Of a DNA stretch of 64,000 nt, positions 23,901 to 38,573 are shown in pieces (position 1 is the stretch's first letter; every line of letters begins with the position of its first letter). The position numbers and the translations under genes were made by a program. The DNA is from Nitrospirota bacterium (GTDB taxonomy: Bacteria > Nitrospirota > UBA9217), in the NCBI GenBank assembly GCA_963741205.1, contig CAVUHW010000018.1, positions 132,184-196,183 on the forward strand, in the 5' to 3' direction. Under the pieces are notes generated by a model. The model did no database searches and was not told the DNA's origin. It worked only from the letters and a program-made list of their open reading frames with translations.

Positions 23901-24108
23901 GATCGAGGCCGGGGCCATCCGGACGCGGCCCATCGTGCTGACCGCGGCGGCCGCGATCCTGGGCTCCGCGGTGATCGTGACGGACCCGGTCTGGTCGGGC
24001 CTGGCCCTGGCGCTCATCTTCGGGATGCTCGCGTCAACGGCGCTCACCCTGGTGGTGATCCCGGTGTTCTATTATATAGTGGAGAAGAAGAACTGGGAGA
24101 ATGCGTAG
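20941..24108 (+). CDS. RND efflux permease, AcrB family (frameshifted)
   Basis: TPREENPQI, GLLVDDAIVVVENI, GIVVRNSI, RTRPIVLT. Confidence 0.93.
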
Positions 24109-24231
24109 AGAACTGCGGATATGCGGAGTGCGGAATGCGGAATGCAAGCTACATGCTCTCCAATCCATGAAGGTTCGTTGAGGTCTATTCCGACAATCCG
24201 CATTCCGCGATCCGTTAAACGGAGGTAATCA

Positions 24232-25015
24232 ATGTCTAACACATGCGTCAGCATCAGAATGCAAGGACCGGATCAGCACCGTCACGATCGACAACCCGCC
24301 GGACAACTACCTGGACAAGGATGTCCTGGCGAAGCTGAACAGGACCGTGAGCGAGATGCTCGCCGACAAGGCCGAGCTCCGCGTGGTCCTGCTCACGGCA
24401 AAGGGAGGAATTTTTCCGCCGGCATCGATTAGCCGGGCTTCGTCAAGATGACCAAGGAAGAAGCGGGCCATTTCGCCGATATGGGCTACCACCTTCTTGA
24501 GGCACATCGAGAACCTGCCGGTCCCGGTGATCGCCGCGCTCAAAGGAGAAACAACGGGCGCCGGCCTCGGCCTGGCGCTTGCCGCCGACATCCGCATCGC
24601 GTCAGCGGACACGGTCTTTTCGTTTCCCGAAGCGCAGTTCGGCGTACCGCCCTTCTTCGGATCGTCCCAGCGGCTCTACAAGACCGTCGGCGTGGGCCGC
24701 GCAAAGGAACTGCTCTTTACCGGCCGGACCGTGGATGCCGAAGAGGCGCTGCGGATCGGGCTGGTGAACAGGGTCGTCCCGCTCGACCCGCTCGACGAGG
24801 AAGCGAAGCGGCTCGCCCTCAAGATCGGCGGCAACAGCCTCTCCTCGCTCCGCTCGATCAAGATGCTCATGAACTTCGGCCTGAACGAAGGCTACGAGGT
24901 CGGGCTGAAGGAGGAAGTGACGGCGTTCAGCGAAGCGTTCAATCCCGGACACGAAGCAGTGGGAACGGTTGTAACCGAAGAAAGTTCCCTGCGGAATATG
25001 CAAGCGATTTCCTAA
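24232..25015 (+). CDS. Enoyl-CoA hydratase/isomerase family (frameshifted)
   Basis: FSAGID, PVIAALKG, ALAADIRIA, FPEAQFG, AEEALRIGLVN. Confidence 0.85.
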
Positions 25016-25065
25016 TACGAAGAAAGGAAGACAAGACTCGCATTTAGTGAAAAAGGAGGGAATTA

Positions 25066-25494
25066 TGGGAATACAGTGCATGGCACATCATGAGGGAAAA
25101 AATCAGTGTGGGGCGCGATACGGTCGCGCGGGAGGTCGCGATGAAAATCATCTCATCCGGACTTGCCGCCATGCCCGTCGTGGACGAGAACCGGGAAATC
25201 CTGGGCGTGGTATCGGAGAACGCCATTCTGGACGCAATCCGTGAGGAGCGAGACCTCGATTGCATCGCGGCGTCGTCGATCATGGTGCCTGCGCCAAGCG
25301 TCGCCGATGCCGACACTCCGACAACGGAGATCATCAACCTGCTGCTCAAGAGCTGCTGTTCCATCGTCGCGGTGGTAAAGGACGGCAAGTATGTGGGCGT
25401 GATCAGCAGGCACATGCTCATGGACATTTTCACGTCCCCGCACTATTCGCGGTTCGCGTCAAAAGACCGGAAGTCGCCGTTCGCGTGCAAATAG
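25066..25494 (+). CDS. CBS-domain pair protein
   Basis: MPVVDENREILGVVSE, VVKDGKYVGVISR. Confidence 0.85.
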   Translation, partial: WEYSAWHIMREKISVGRDTVAREVAMKIISSGLAAMPVVDENREILGVVSENAILDAIREERDLDCIAASSIMVPAPSVADADTPTTEIINLLLKSCCSIVAVVKDGKYVGVISRHMLMDIFTSPHYSRFASKDRKSPFACK

Positions 25495-25821
25495 CACATC
25501 CGGTGGCAGGCAGCAGGCTCAAGACATTCAAGGGGCACCATCCCTTGCCGCCTGCTGCTTGCTCCATTCATAAGAGTCCATCGGATGGTTCATCGTCACG
25601 GCTTTGTCTATGTCATGCCTGCGCGCCAGCGGTTACGAGCCTGCACCTCGGGTTTTGCGTGCACCCGGCTGGTTCATGTTCACGGGCTTCGTGGGCGCAG
25701 ATGCTCACGATTTTTGCCTTGACAGGGTTCTGCCCGATGAGTATTATATTGTACGTTTTCGGCGCCCGGGAGCGCTGCAAATGCTGACATTATTGCACTA
25801 TGGTTTGAAAGGAGTTGCACC

Positions 25822-26067
25822 ATGCCATTTTATGAATATCAGTGTGATGCCTGCGGAAAGGACTTCGTGCTGCTCCAGTCCATGACCGCGAAGGCGGAAG
25901 ATACGGCCTGTCCGTACTGCAAGGAAAAAAAGGCGAGAAAGCTCGTCTCCAAGTTCTCGTCCGCGGCGGCGGGTCAGTCTGCAGCGTCGGCGGCCATTCC
26001 TGGGGAGGCGGCTGAGGCTCGTAAACAATCCGCCGGGTGCGGATCAAAAATACATGTACAAGCCTGA
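25822..26067 (+). CDS. FmdB-family zinc ribbon protein (true end probably 26015 or 26024; see findings)
   Basis: MPFYEYQCDACG...CPYC. Confidence 0.85.
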   Translation: MPFYEYQCDACGKDFVLLQSMTAKAEDTACPYCKEKKARKLVSKFSSAAAGQSAASAAIPGEAAEARKQSAGCGSKIHVQA

Positions 26068-26169
26068 GAGTCGGATGATTCTCAGGCTTTTTTGTGCGAA
26101 GACTTTTCACCGCAGAGGACGCAGAGAAAGATAAACTCCGTTATAAGACTGCGCAGAATAAATGTGGCT

Positions 26170-26243
26170 CGTCATTCCCGCGAAACGGGAATCCAGAGGC
26201 TCATTGTAAAGTCACTGGATTCCGGGTCAAGCCCGGAATGACG
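26170..26243. repeat. REP doublet
   Basis: CGTCATTCCCGCGAAACGGGAATCCA ... TGGATTCCGGGTCAAGCCCGGAATGACG. Confidence 0.85.
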
Positions 26244-26252
26244 AATCAGATC

Positions 26253-27175
26253 ATGGCATCACCGTCTCCCTCAAAACCTTCCTCAACCCCCGGTACTGGT
26301 ACGCCTGGCCGGTCCTGGCGCTCATGCTCTTCCTGAGCTGGATGCCGGGCCGCGTGCTCTGGGTCCTGGGCAGCGGCCTCGGATCGTTCGTCTTCCTGGT
26401 TCCCCACGTCCAACCGCCGTTTCGCCGAGAGAAACATCGAACTTTGCTTTCCCGATAAGAGCCGCCTCCGAGCGCCGGAGGCTCGTAAAGCAGCATTTCC
26501 GTCTGAGCGGCTTCGCCGTCCTGAGCCTCAGCGTGGCCTGGTTTGGCGCCCGCATGGAGAATCAAACGGTTCGTCACGCTGCGCGACAAGCACCATCTCG
26601 ACGACGCCTTTGCGCAGGGAAAGAACGTCATCCTGCTCGCGCCGCATTTCATAGGCCTCGACATGGGCGGGGCGCGCCTGTCCATCGAGCAAGAATACGT
26701 CAGCATGTACCGCAAGGCCCGGGACCCCCTGCTCGAATACCTCTTCAAGCGCCGGGAACGGTTCGGCGCCGTGGTCGTTGAACGCGACGCGAGCCTGAAA
26801 ACGGTCATCCGCCTGATCCGCGAGGGGCGGCCCTTCTATTATCTCCCCGACCAGGACATGGGCGAGCGCGCCGGCGTGTTCGTCCCCTTCTTCGGCATCC
26901 CCGCCGCGACCGTCACCGCCACGAGCCGCATCGCCCAAAGCACGAACGCGGCCGTCGTTCCTTGCATCACCCGCATCCTGCCGCGCGGCCGCGGGTACGA
27001 AGTGCGCCTGTACCCTCCCCTCGAAAATTTCCCGACCGACGATCCGGCTGCCGACGCCGCGCGCATGAACCGCGAAATCGAGGCATGGGTGCGCGAAATG
27101 CCGGAACAGTACATGTGGTCCTACCGGCGGTTCAAGACCCGGCCGAATAATGAGCCCTCGTTGTATGGCGACTAA
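26253..27175 (+). CDS. Lipid A lauroyl/myristoyl acyltransferase (LpxL/HtrB family, frameshifted)
   Basis: APHFIGLD, YLPDQD, VPFFG, PEQYMWSYRRFKTRP. Confidence 0.88.
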
Positions 27176-27893
27176 CTGGAAATTTCTCGATTCCGGCGCA
27201 AATACGGCGCGCATAACATGACCGTAGACGAGGAGCTGCTTGCCCGCGCCCAGGCGGGCGACGACATGCCTGTTCTTCGTTTCTACACGTGGGACCCGCC
27301 TGCCGTTTCCCTCGGAAGATTTCAGACAGCCGAGACCTCGGTGAATGCGGATGCCTGCAAGCGGCTCGGCTTCGACGTCGTGCGGCGCATCACCGGCGGC
27401 AGGGCCGTGCTCCATCGCCGGGAGCTCACCTACAGCATCGTCTCACGCATTGACAACCCGCTCTTCCCCCCTGATGTGCTCGGCACGTACAAGGTCATAG
27501 CAGCGGGACTTCTGGCTGGGCTCGCGAACCTCGGCATCGATGCCGAGATGGTCTCTCGCGGGGGCCGTCACGCCGCGCTCGTAAACAAGACGGACAAAGA
27601 CCCTTCCTGCTTTGCCTCTCCGTCGTGGTACGAGATCGTGGTCCACGGAAAAAAGATCGTCGGCAGCGCCCAGCGACGGCTCTCGCATGCGTTTCTCCAG
27701 CACGGCTCTATCCTGATCGACTATGATCCGGCGCTCGAGGCCGAGGTTATCCGCGGGGGTGGCTCGGGGGACGCACGTCACGTCCATCGATCGGGAACTC
27801 GGGCGCGAAGTGTCTCTTGCGACGAGGTAAAGCGGGCGTCCTTTCCGGCTTCTCGCAGGCGCTGGGAATTTACCTGCGAAAATGCCAGCGTAG
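27165..27893 (+). CDS. Lipoate-protein ligase A / LipM family
   Basis: NMTVDE, LRFYTW, SLGRFQ, RRITGGRAVLH, KIVGSAQ, LQHGS; end approximate. Confidence 0.88.
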
Positions 27894-27922
27894 CGTCGCA
27901 TGCATCGCCTGTTTCCTCTTAT

Positions 27923-28004
27923 TGTCATTGCGGGCTTGACCCGGAATCCATGTTGACGTTGAGCTTTAGACAGCCAATGGATACCCGCTTTCGCGAGTAT
28001 GACA
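27923..28004. repeat. REP doublet
   Basis: TGTCATTGCGGGCTTGACCCGGAATCCA ... TGGATACCCGCTTTCGCGAGTATGACA. Confidence 0.8.
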
Positions 28005-28072
28005 GGATAAAAACCCCTCGACAAGCATTACCGCTCATTGCATTCCCCGCCGTTTTCCTATACTATTACAAC

Positions 28073-31275
<3,203 letters not shown>

Positions 31276-31277
31276 TA

Positions 31278-33374
31278 ATGAAAAAAAAGACACCACTCGT
31301 CGACACCGGCCAGCCTTGCTGCGCAAGGCGAAAAAAAAGCTCAAGGAGCAGCCGCAACGGTTGAGCGAGCTGTCCACCAAGGACATGTAGCAACTCATCA
31401 CCGAGCTCGGCACGCACCAGATCGAGCTGGAGATGCAGAATGAGGAGCTGCGCAAGATCCAGGTTGATCTTCAAATGGCGCGGAACAGGTACGCGGACCT
31501 GTACGACTTCGCGCCCGTTGGATATTTTACCCTTGACGCCCGGGGCATAATTCGGGAGGTCAATAAGACCGGCGCCGACATCCTCGGCGTGGACAGACGC
31601 GCGCTGCCGGGCAGGCCCTTCTCTCGTTTTCTCTCGAGCGCGGAAGACTGCGCTCACGCTCCGAAGAGCACTTTCAAGACGTCGTCAGCAAACAGACGCG
31701 GCAAGTCTGCGAAGTGAGACTCACGGGGCGGCCCAGCCCCCGGTACGTGCAACTGCAAAGCGTGATGACCACGGCAATCGAGGGAGGGGACGGTCCGATC
31801 AGGACGGTCGTCACCGACATTACGGACCGCGTCCTGGCCGAAGAGGCGAGCACCGAAATCGAACTCCGGTATCGTTCCCTGTTCAATGGAATGACCCAGG
31901 GCTTTGCCCTCCATGAAGTCTTGTATGATGAAAAGGGAAGGCCTTCCGACTGCCGGTTTCTGGAGGTCAACCCCGCCTTCGAACAAATGACCGGGCTCCG
32001 GCGGAGCGACTTGATCGGCAAGACAAAGCGCCAGGTCTTTCCCGGCGACGACCCCTCGTGGATAAAAAAATACGCGGCAGTCGCCCAGACCTGCATTCCT
32101 GCGCACTTCGAAATCTGGTCGTCCACGCTCAAGAAGACATTATGAAGTCTACGCCTATTGTCCCGCGCCTCACCATGTCGCGGCCCTGTTCCTCGACATC
32201 ACCGAGCGCATGCGGGCGGAACGGGCGCTGCGGGGGAGCGAAGAGCGGCTGCAGCTCGCCGTGAGCGCCGCCAACATGGCCATCTGGGAATGGGACCCCG
32301 TCAACGACAAGGCTATCAAGAGCGACATCTATGACGCCCAGTACGGACGGCCTCCGGAAACCGCCTCCCCCTTGAAATGGTGGACCGACCGCGTCCACCC
32401 CGAGGAACGAGACCGGGTCGTTGCGAGCCTGAACGCGGCCCTGGCGGGGAACAAGCGACGCCTGGTCCGCCGAGTACCGCTTCCAACGCGCTGACGGAAG
32501 CTGGGCCTACGTATACGACCACTCCCGCATTTCCCGGGACAAATCGGGCAAACCCGTACGGCTGGTCGGCGGCGTACTGGATCTCACCGCGAGGAAGAAA
32601 CTGGAGGAGGCGCTCAAACAGACCAACGCCGAGCTCGAAACCGTGAACAAGGAGCTCGAATCCTTTTCCTACGCCGTCGCGAACGACCTCAGGAAGCCGC
32701 TTCGGAGCATCGAGGGATTCAGCCGGGCGATCCTCGAGGATTATGCGGACCTTCTCGACGACACCGGAAAGGACTTACTGCAGGCGGATACAGGCGGCCA
32801 CCCTGCGGATGAGCCAGCTCATCGAGGCCCTGTGGACCATGTCCCGCCTGACCAGCGGGGAACTCGCGGAAAACGTCGTCGACCTGAGCGCGGCGGCGCA
32901 CATCATAGCCCACGAACTCAAAAAGAGGCAGCCCGGGCGCAGGGTCGATTTCATCATCGCCGAGGGCGTAAGGGCAAGGGTGATACGGACATGATGCGGG
33001 TCGTGATCGAGAACCTCCTCGACAACGCATGGAAGTTCACGGGCAGGCATCCTACGGCAAAGATCGAATTCGGAGTCATGGAAATTCGGATGCGATAAAG
33101 ACCACCCCTCACTCGGCCTCTCCCCTGAGGGGACGAGGATGGTGTGAAGGGGCAATCCGAAATCGTTTATTTCGTCCGGGACGACGGCGCGGGGTTCGAC
33201 ATGGCCTTTGCCGACAGGCTCTTCCGGCCCTTCCAGCGGCTCCATACCGACGCCGAATTTCCGGGCGTCGGCATCGGTCTTGCCATCGCTCACACCATCA
33301 TCAAGCGCCACGGCGGACGGATGTGGGCCGAGGCCGGGTCGAGAAAGGCGCGACGTTCTTATTTTACGCTTTGA
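31278..33374 (+). CDS. Multi-PAS sensor histidine kinase (frameshifted)
   Basis: [16 protein letters not shown] repeats, [37 protein letters not shown]. Confidence 0.85.
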
Positions 33375-33380
33375 CAAGAT

Positions 33381-33464
33381 TGTCATCCCCGAATGGTTCA
33401 ATCGGGGATCCATTGTGATAATGGGGAAAATGGATTCCTGCTCAGAAGTATTGCGGGAATGACG
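33381..33464. repeat. REP doublet
   Basis: TGTCATCCCCGAATGGTTCAATCGGGGATCCA ... TGGATTCCTGC...GCGGGAATGACG. Confidence 0.8.
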
Positions 33465-33679
33465 TTTTATCATGATGGTACTGTTTTGAGACTATTAATA
33501 AGACCCGAAACTATCCCCTCCCCCGTTAATCTTCTTGATTTTTCGTAAAAATAGCTTATATTGTGAGAGCGAACTAGCTGAATTATCAAGTCATTTCGAT
33601 GACATCCTTGCCGATCTCTCCCGTATCGAATGACAGGCGTAGCCTGAATCAGGTCCGGACGCCGTGAAACAGGAAAGGT

Positions 33680-35427
33680 ATGAAAAAAAGCAAACCACCT
33701 GCCCCTAAAGCCGCTCCACGCCCAAAGGCTGTCAAGAAACCCGGCCTGCCAAAAGGTAAGGCTCGCGAACTTTGCGCCCAGGACCCGAAGAGTCTCATCG
33801 CCGAACTGGAATCGCATCAGATCGAGCTCGAAATGCAGAATGAAGAGCTCCGTCAGATACAGGACGAACTCGGCGAAAGTAACAGGGCACTTGCGTGAAA
33901 GCGAAGAAGAATTCCGCGCCATGTTCGAGTTGTCCGCGATGGGCATTGCGGAGGTCGACATCAAAACGAAACATTTCGTGCGGGCAAACAGGAAATTCTG
34001 CGAGATCACGGGCTATACCGCCGCGGAACTGAGCAAACTCACGATCGCCGAGATCACCCATCCCGATGACCGGAGGGCGGACAATGAGGCGATCCAGCGG
34101 GCAATGCGGGGCGAGACTGCCGGATGGATCAGTGAAAAAAGATATTTGCGCAAAAACAGGGACCACATATGGGTCAAGGTGACCGGCGCGGTCATCTTCG
34201 ACGACAAGGGGCGTCCGCTCCGAATGATCGGGGCGGTAGAAGACATCACGCTCCGCAGGCAGGCGGAGGCGGCGCTGCGGGAAAGCGAGAACCGTTACCG
34301 GCTCATCTTTGAACGGGCCGGAGACGCCATATTCATCCTCGAAGCGGAGGGAAAACAAGCGGGCCAAATCGTGGCCGCCAACAGGACGGCGGCCGCAGAT
34401 GCACGGCTACGGGGACGGCGAACTCGCCGGCCGCAACATCACGGAACTCGACGCCCCCGATGCGGCCCGGCAGGTGCCCGGATTGATCAAGCGCATACTG
34501 GCAGGGGAATGGATAAATAAGGAAGTTTCCCACCGCCGCAAGGACGGCGCTGTTTTCCCCTGCGAGATCAGCGCGGGCCTGCTCGAATTCGCGGACCATA
34601 AATATATCCTCGCCTTCGACCGGGATATTACCGCGCGCAAGCAGGCGGAAAACATCGAACGCCGCCCTCCTGGAAGACATGCAGCGCGAACTCGCGGCGC
34701 GAAAAAAAATGGAGGACGGCGCTCAAGCAGTCCAACGCCGAGCTTGAAACCGTGAATAAAGAACTCGAGGCGTTCGCCGAGACACGTCTCGAACGACCTC
34801 CGGGCGCCGCTCCGGAGCATCGAGGGCTTCATCCAGGCCCTCATGGAAGACCGCGGCGACCGGCTGGATGAAGTCGGCAAGGATTACTGCAGGCGCGTGT
34901 ATTCGGCGAGCCACAGGATGGCGCAGCTCATCGAGGCGATGCAGTCGATGGCGCGATTGACCAGCGGAGAGCTCAAGGAACAGGTCGTAAACCTGAGCGC
35001 GGTGGCGCAGGTGGCCGCTTACGAGCTGAAGAAGAAGGAGCCGGACAGGCAAGTCGAGTTCATCATCGCCGAGGGCGTGAAGGCGAAGGGTGACACCGAT
35101 ATGCTGCGGCTGGTGATCGAGAACCTCCTCGACAACGCCTGGAAATTCACGGGAAAGCGCCAAGCCGCGAAAATCGAATTCGGCGTCGCCGAGATCGCCG
35201 GGGAAAGGGCGTTCTATGTCCGCGACGACGGAGCAGGCTTTTCCATGGAATACGCCGGCAGGCTGTTTCAGCCCTTTCATCGCCTCCACGCGTCGGCGGA
35301 ATTTCCCGGCATCGGCATCGGACTCGCCATCGCGCACAACATCATCAGGCGCCACGGCGGCCGCATGTGGGCGGAAGGCGCGGTCGAGAAGGGAGCGACG
35401 ATTTATTACTTACAAGTTGTCAGCTAA
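33680..35427 (+). CDS. Multi-PAS sensor histidine kinase (frameshifted), paralog of 31278-33374
   Basis: [45 protein letters not shown]. Confidence 0.85.
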
Positions 35428-35435
35428 GGCGTCAT

Positions 35436-35810
35436 TGTCATTCCTGCGAAAGCAGGAATCCATTTTAAACATCATGCCTGCATGAAACAATACTATGTAT
35501 ACATACTGGCTAGCAAGATCCGCGGGACTCTCTATATCGGTGTAACCTCGGACTTGGTTAAGAGAATATACTGAACATAAGAACGATATGGTTGATGGAT
35601 TTACTAAAGACTATAGAGTCCATAACCTGGTCTATTACGAAGCGACAAGTCGACGTAGAAAGCGCTCTGACCAGAGAAAAACAGCTCAAGAAATGGAAAA
35701 GGGCTTGGAAGATTGAGCTAATCGAACAAAACAATTCAAAATGGATAGATCTTTATCCCAACTTACTGTAGTAAAATTCAAAATGGATTCCCGCTTTCGC
35801 GGGAATGACA
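35436..35810 (+). mobile_element. REP-flanked GIY-YIG nuclease element, copy 1 (gene 35482-35771, frameshifted)
   Basis: TGTCATTCCTGCGAAAGCAGGAATCCA, then MKQYYVYILASKIRGTLYIGVTSDL...REKQLKKWKRAWKIELIE, then TGGATTCCCGCTTTCGCGGGAATGACA; low GC. Confidence 0.85.
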
Positions 35811-35827
35811 GATAAGATCATTAGTAT

Positions 35828-37474
35828 ATGATCCAAACATCCGAAACACATGCGTCATCCACGACGGCAGTTCCCGTAATGCTAGGCCTCGTGATCGTAA
35901 CCGGCCTCTACGCCAGCAGCCTTTACAGCTACCTGCTCTTTCACAGCCTGCTGGAGCTGTTCAACGTGCTCACGGCTTCCGTCATTTTTGTCCTCGCCTG
36001 GCATACGCGCCGCATCCAGGACAACCGCTACCTGCTGTTTATCGGCATCTCCTGTCTCTCCTCCGGCACTCTTGATCTCACCCATACCCTTGCGTACAAA
36101 GGCATGGGGATATTCACCGGCTATTCCGCCGATCTGCCCACGCAGCTCTGGATCGCCTTCCGCTATGTGGCAAGCCTTTCCTTCCTGGCGGCCCCCCTGT
36201 TCGTAAAGCGCACCTTCCCCGCGGGGAAGATACTGGCGGCCTACGGGCTTCTTACCGTCGTCCTGCTCTTCGCGATCTTTTCCGGCCGATTTCCCGCCTG
36301 CTTCATCGAAGGCTCGGGTTTGACTACCTTCAAGATCGTGAGCGAATACATCATCGCATTTTTCTTTCTCGCGTCCCTTGTCCTTCTTCTCCGGCAGCGG
36401 AAATTATTCGACCGCGCCGTCTTACGGCTGATGATCGCCGCCGCGCTCGCTGCGGTGCTGTCCGAGCTTTTCTTTACCCATTACGTAAGCGTCTTCGGAC
36501 CGGCCAACATGATCGGCCATTTTTTCCTCCTCGCCTCGACACTTTGCATCTACCGGGCCATCGTCGTCACCGGCGTGGCGGAGCCTTCCCGACTCCTGTT
36601 CAGGGACCTCAAGTCGAGTGAAGAAGGGCTTCAAAAGGCGCGTGACGAGCTTGAACTGCGGGTCCGCGAGCGCACCTCCGAGCTCGCCAGTGCCAACGAG
36701 GAACTGGAGGAGGAAATCGCGGAGCGCAGGCGCGCGGAGGAGTCGCTCAGGAAACTGAACGAAGAGCTTGAACGGCGGGTCGCCGCGCGGACCGCGGAAC
36801 TGGAGGCCGCCAACAGGGAGCTTGAAGCCTTCAATTACTCGGTTTCCCATGACCTCAGGGCGCCGCTTCGGGCCATTAGCGGGTTCACGCAGGCAATTGA
36901 AGAGGAACAATCCGGCAAGCTGGATGATTCCGGAAGGCATTACTTCCGGCGCGTCCGCGCGGCGGCCGATAAGATGTCGCAGCTTATCGACGCCCTGCTG
37001 AATCTCTCGCGGCAGACCCGGGGAGAAATGAGGCGCGCCCGGGTGGACTTGAGCGCGGTTGCCAAAGGTATCGCCGAAGAACTCGCGAAAACCGGGCCCG
37101 AGCGCAAAGCGGCCTTCATCATCCCCGACGGGATCACGGCGCAAGGAGACACCGTCATGCTGCGGGCCGTGCTGGAAAACCTCCTCGGGAACGCGTGGAA
37201 ATTCACGTGCAGATGCGAAACGTCACGCATCGAGTTCGGTACGACGCAAAAAGACGGGACGAACGTCTATTACGTCAAGGACAACGGCGCAGGGTTCGAC
37301 ATGGCATACGCGGACAAGCTGTTCACGCCCTTTCAGCGGCTCCACACGGCGGAAGAGTTTCCCGGAATCGGCATCGGCCTCGCTACGGTACAGCGCATCG
37401 TCCACCGCCACGGCGGCCGCATCTGGGCCGAGGGAGAACCGGGCAAGGGGGCGGTGTTTTATTTTACGTTGTGA
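35828..37474 (+). CDS. MASE3-domain membrane sensor histidine kinase
   Basis: YLLFHSLLELF, HTLAYKGMG, TQLWI (MASE3); [11 protein letters not shown]; NAWKF; intact 548 aa. Confidence 0.92.
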   Translation: MIQTSETHASSTTAVPVMLGLVIVTGLYASSLYSYLLFHSLLELFNVLTASVIFVLAWHTRRIQDNRYLLFIGISCLSSGTLDLTHTLAYKGMGIFTGYSADLPTQLWIAFRYVASLSFLAAPLFVKRTFPAGKILAAYGLLTVVLLFAIFSGRFPACFIEGSGLTTFKIVSEYIIAFFFLASLVLLLRQRKLFDRAVLRLMIAAALAAVLSELFFTHYVSVFGPANMIGHFFLLASTLCIYRAIVVTGVAEPSRLLFRDLKSSEEGLQKARDELELRVRERTSELASANEELEEEIAERRRAEESLRKLNEELERRVAARTAELEAANRELEAFNYSVSHDLRAPLRAISGFTQAIEEEQSGKLDDSGRHYFRRVRAAADKMSQLIDALLNLSRQTRGEMRRARVDLSAVAKGIAEELAKTGPERKAAFIIPDGITAQGDTVMLRAVLENLLGNAWKFTCRCETSRIEFGTTQKDGTNVYYVKDNGAGFDMAYADKLFTPFQRLHTAEEFPGIGIGLATVQRIVHRHGGRIWAEGEPGKGAVFYFTL

Positions 37475-37480
37475 AACGGT

Positions 37481-37853
37481 TGTCATTCCTGCGAAAGCAG
37501 GAATCCATTTTATCCGTGACGCCAATGCATGAAACAATACTATGTATATATGATTAGCCAGCAGAATCCGAGGTACTTTATATATCGGTGTAACTTCAGA
37601 CCTGGCCAAGAGAGTATATGAATACAAAATATATGGTAGATGGATTTACTAAAGACTATAAAGTTCAAGCCTCGTCTACTACGAAATGACAACTGACGTA
37701 GAAATTGCTCTAACAGAGAGAAACAGTTAAAAAAATGGAAGGGTATTGGAAAATAGAGCTTATCGAAAGTAACTTAATATCTGAATGGAAAGATCTCTAT
37801 CCCGACTTGCTGTAGAAAAGTCAAAATGGATTCCTGCTTTCGCAGGAATGACA
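37481..37853 (+). mobile_element. REP-flanked GIY-YIG nuclease element, copy 2 (gene 37529-37815, several frameshifts)
   Basis: Same inverted REP ends; MKQYYVY..ASRIRGTLYIGVTSDLAKRVYE; clearly similar to copy 1. Confidence 0.85.
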
Positions 37854-37921
37854 GAAAGTGACCATATGACGCGCAACCCGCACCTCGCAACACGCCACAC
37901 ATTTCAAGACGGGGGTTACCA

Positions 37922-38554
37922 TTGAACAATCCCGACATGGACAATTTCATCGCGATGATCCTCGAGGGTGACAGCGAGGAAGCGGTTTCCCTGACCCAAA
38001 AACTGCTGGGCAGCGGCGTCCGTCCCGAGCACGTCGTGATCCACGGCGTCGAGCCCGCCATGTCGTCCCTCGCCGCCAAATGCACGCTCGAAGAATTCAA
38101 CCTTCTTGAAATCATGCTGGCCGGCCGCGCCGTAATGGAAGTCATGAAATACCTCTATCCCGCCGGCACGACGGACACGCGCTCCAACGGGACCGTCGTG
38201 ATAGCGTCCATGGAGGGGGATGTGCACGATCTCGGCAAAAATATTCTCAAGATGGTGCTTATCGCCAAAGGCTATCACGTCGTGGATTGCGGCAAGGATT
38301 GCTCTCTGCAAAAACTCCTTGAAACGGCGGAGAAAGAGTTTCCTCTGGCAATCGGGATCAGCGGCCTGATCACTCCGATCATCCCCCTGGTCAGACAGGT
38401 GAAGGAGCAGCTGGCCCTTCGGGGACTCGGCCGGGTGAAAGTCATTGCCGGCGGCGCGGCGCTCAAGCAATCTTCACCGCACGGGCTTAACGTAGACTTC
38501 GTGGCGGAGACCGCGTTCGACAGCCTGGGGTTTCTGGAGAGGATCGGCTTGTAG
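37922..38554 (+). CDS. Cobalamin-binding corrinoid protein (MtaC/MttC-like)
   Basis: Cap domain plus EGDVHDLGKN (DxHxxG), SGL and GGAA motifs. Confidence 0.9.
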   Translation: MNNPDMDNFIAMILEGDSEEAVSLTQKLLGSGVRPEHVVIHGVEPAMSSLAAKCTLEEFNLLEIMLAGRAVMEVMKYLYPAGTTDTRSNGTVVIASMEGDVHDLGKNILKMVLIAKGYHVVDCGKDCSLQKLLETAEKEFPLAIGISGLITPIIPLVRQVKEQLALRGLGRVKVIAGGAALKQSSPHGLNVDFVAETAFDSLGFLERIGL

Positions 38555-38573
38555 TACTTCAGTGAAACTTTTT

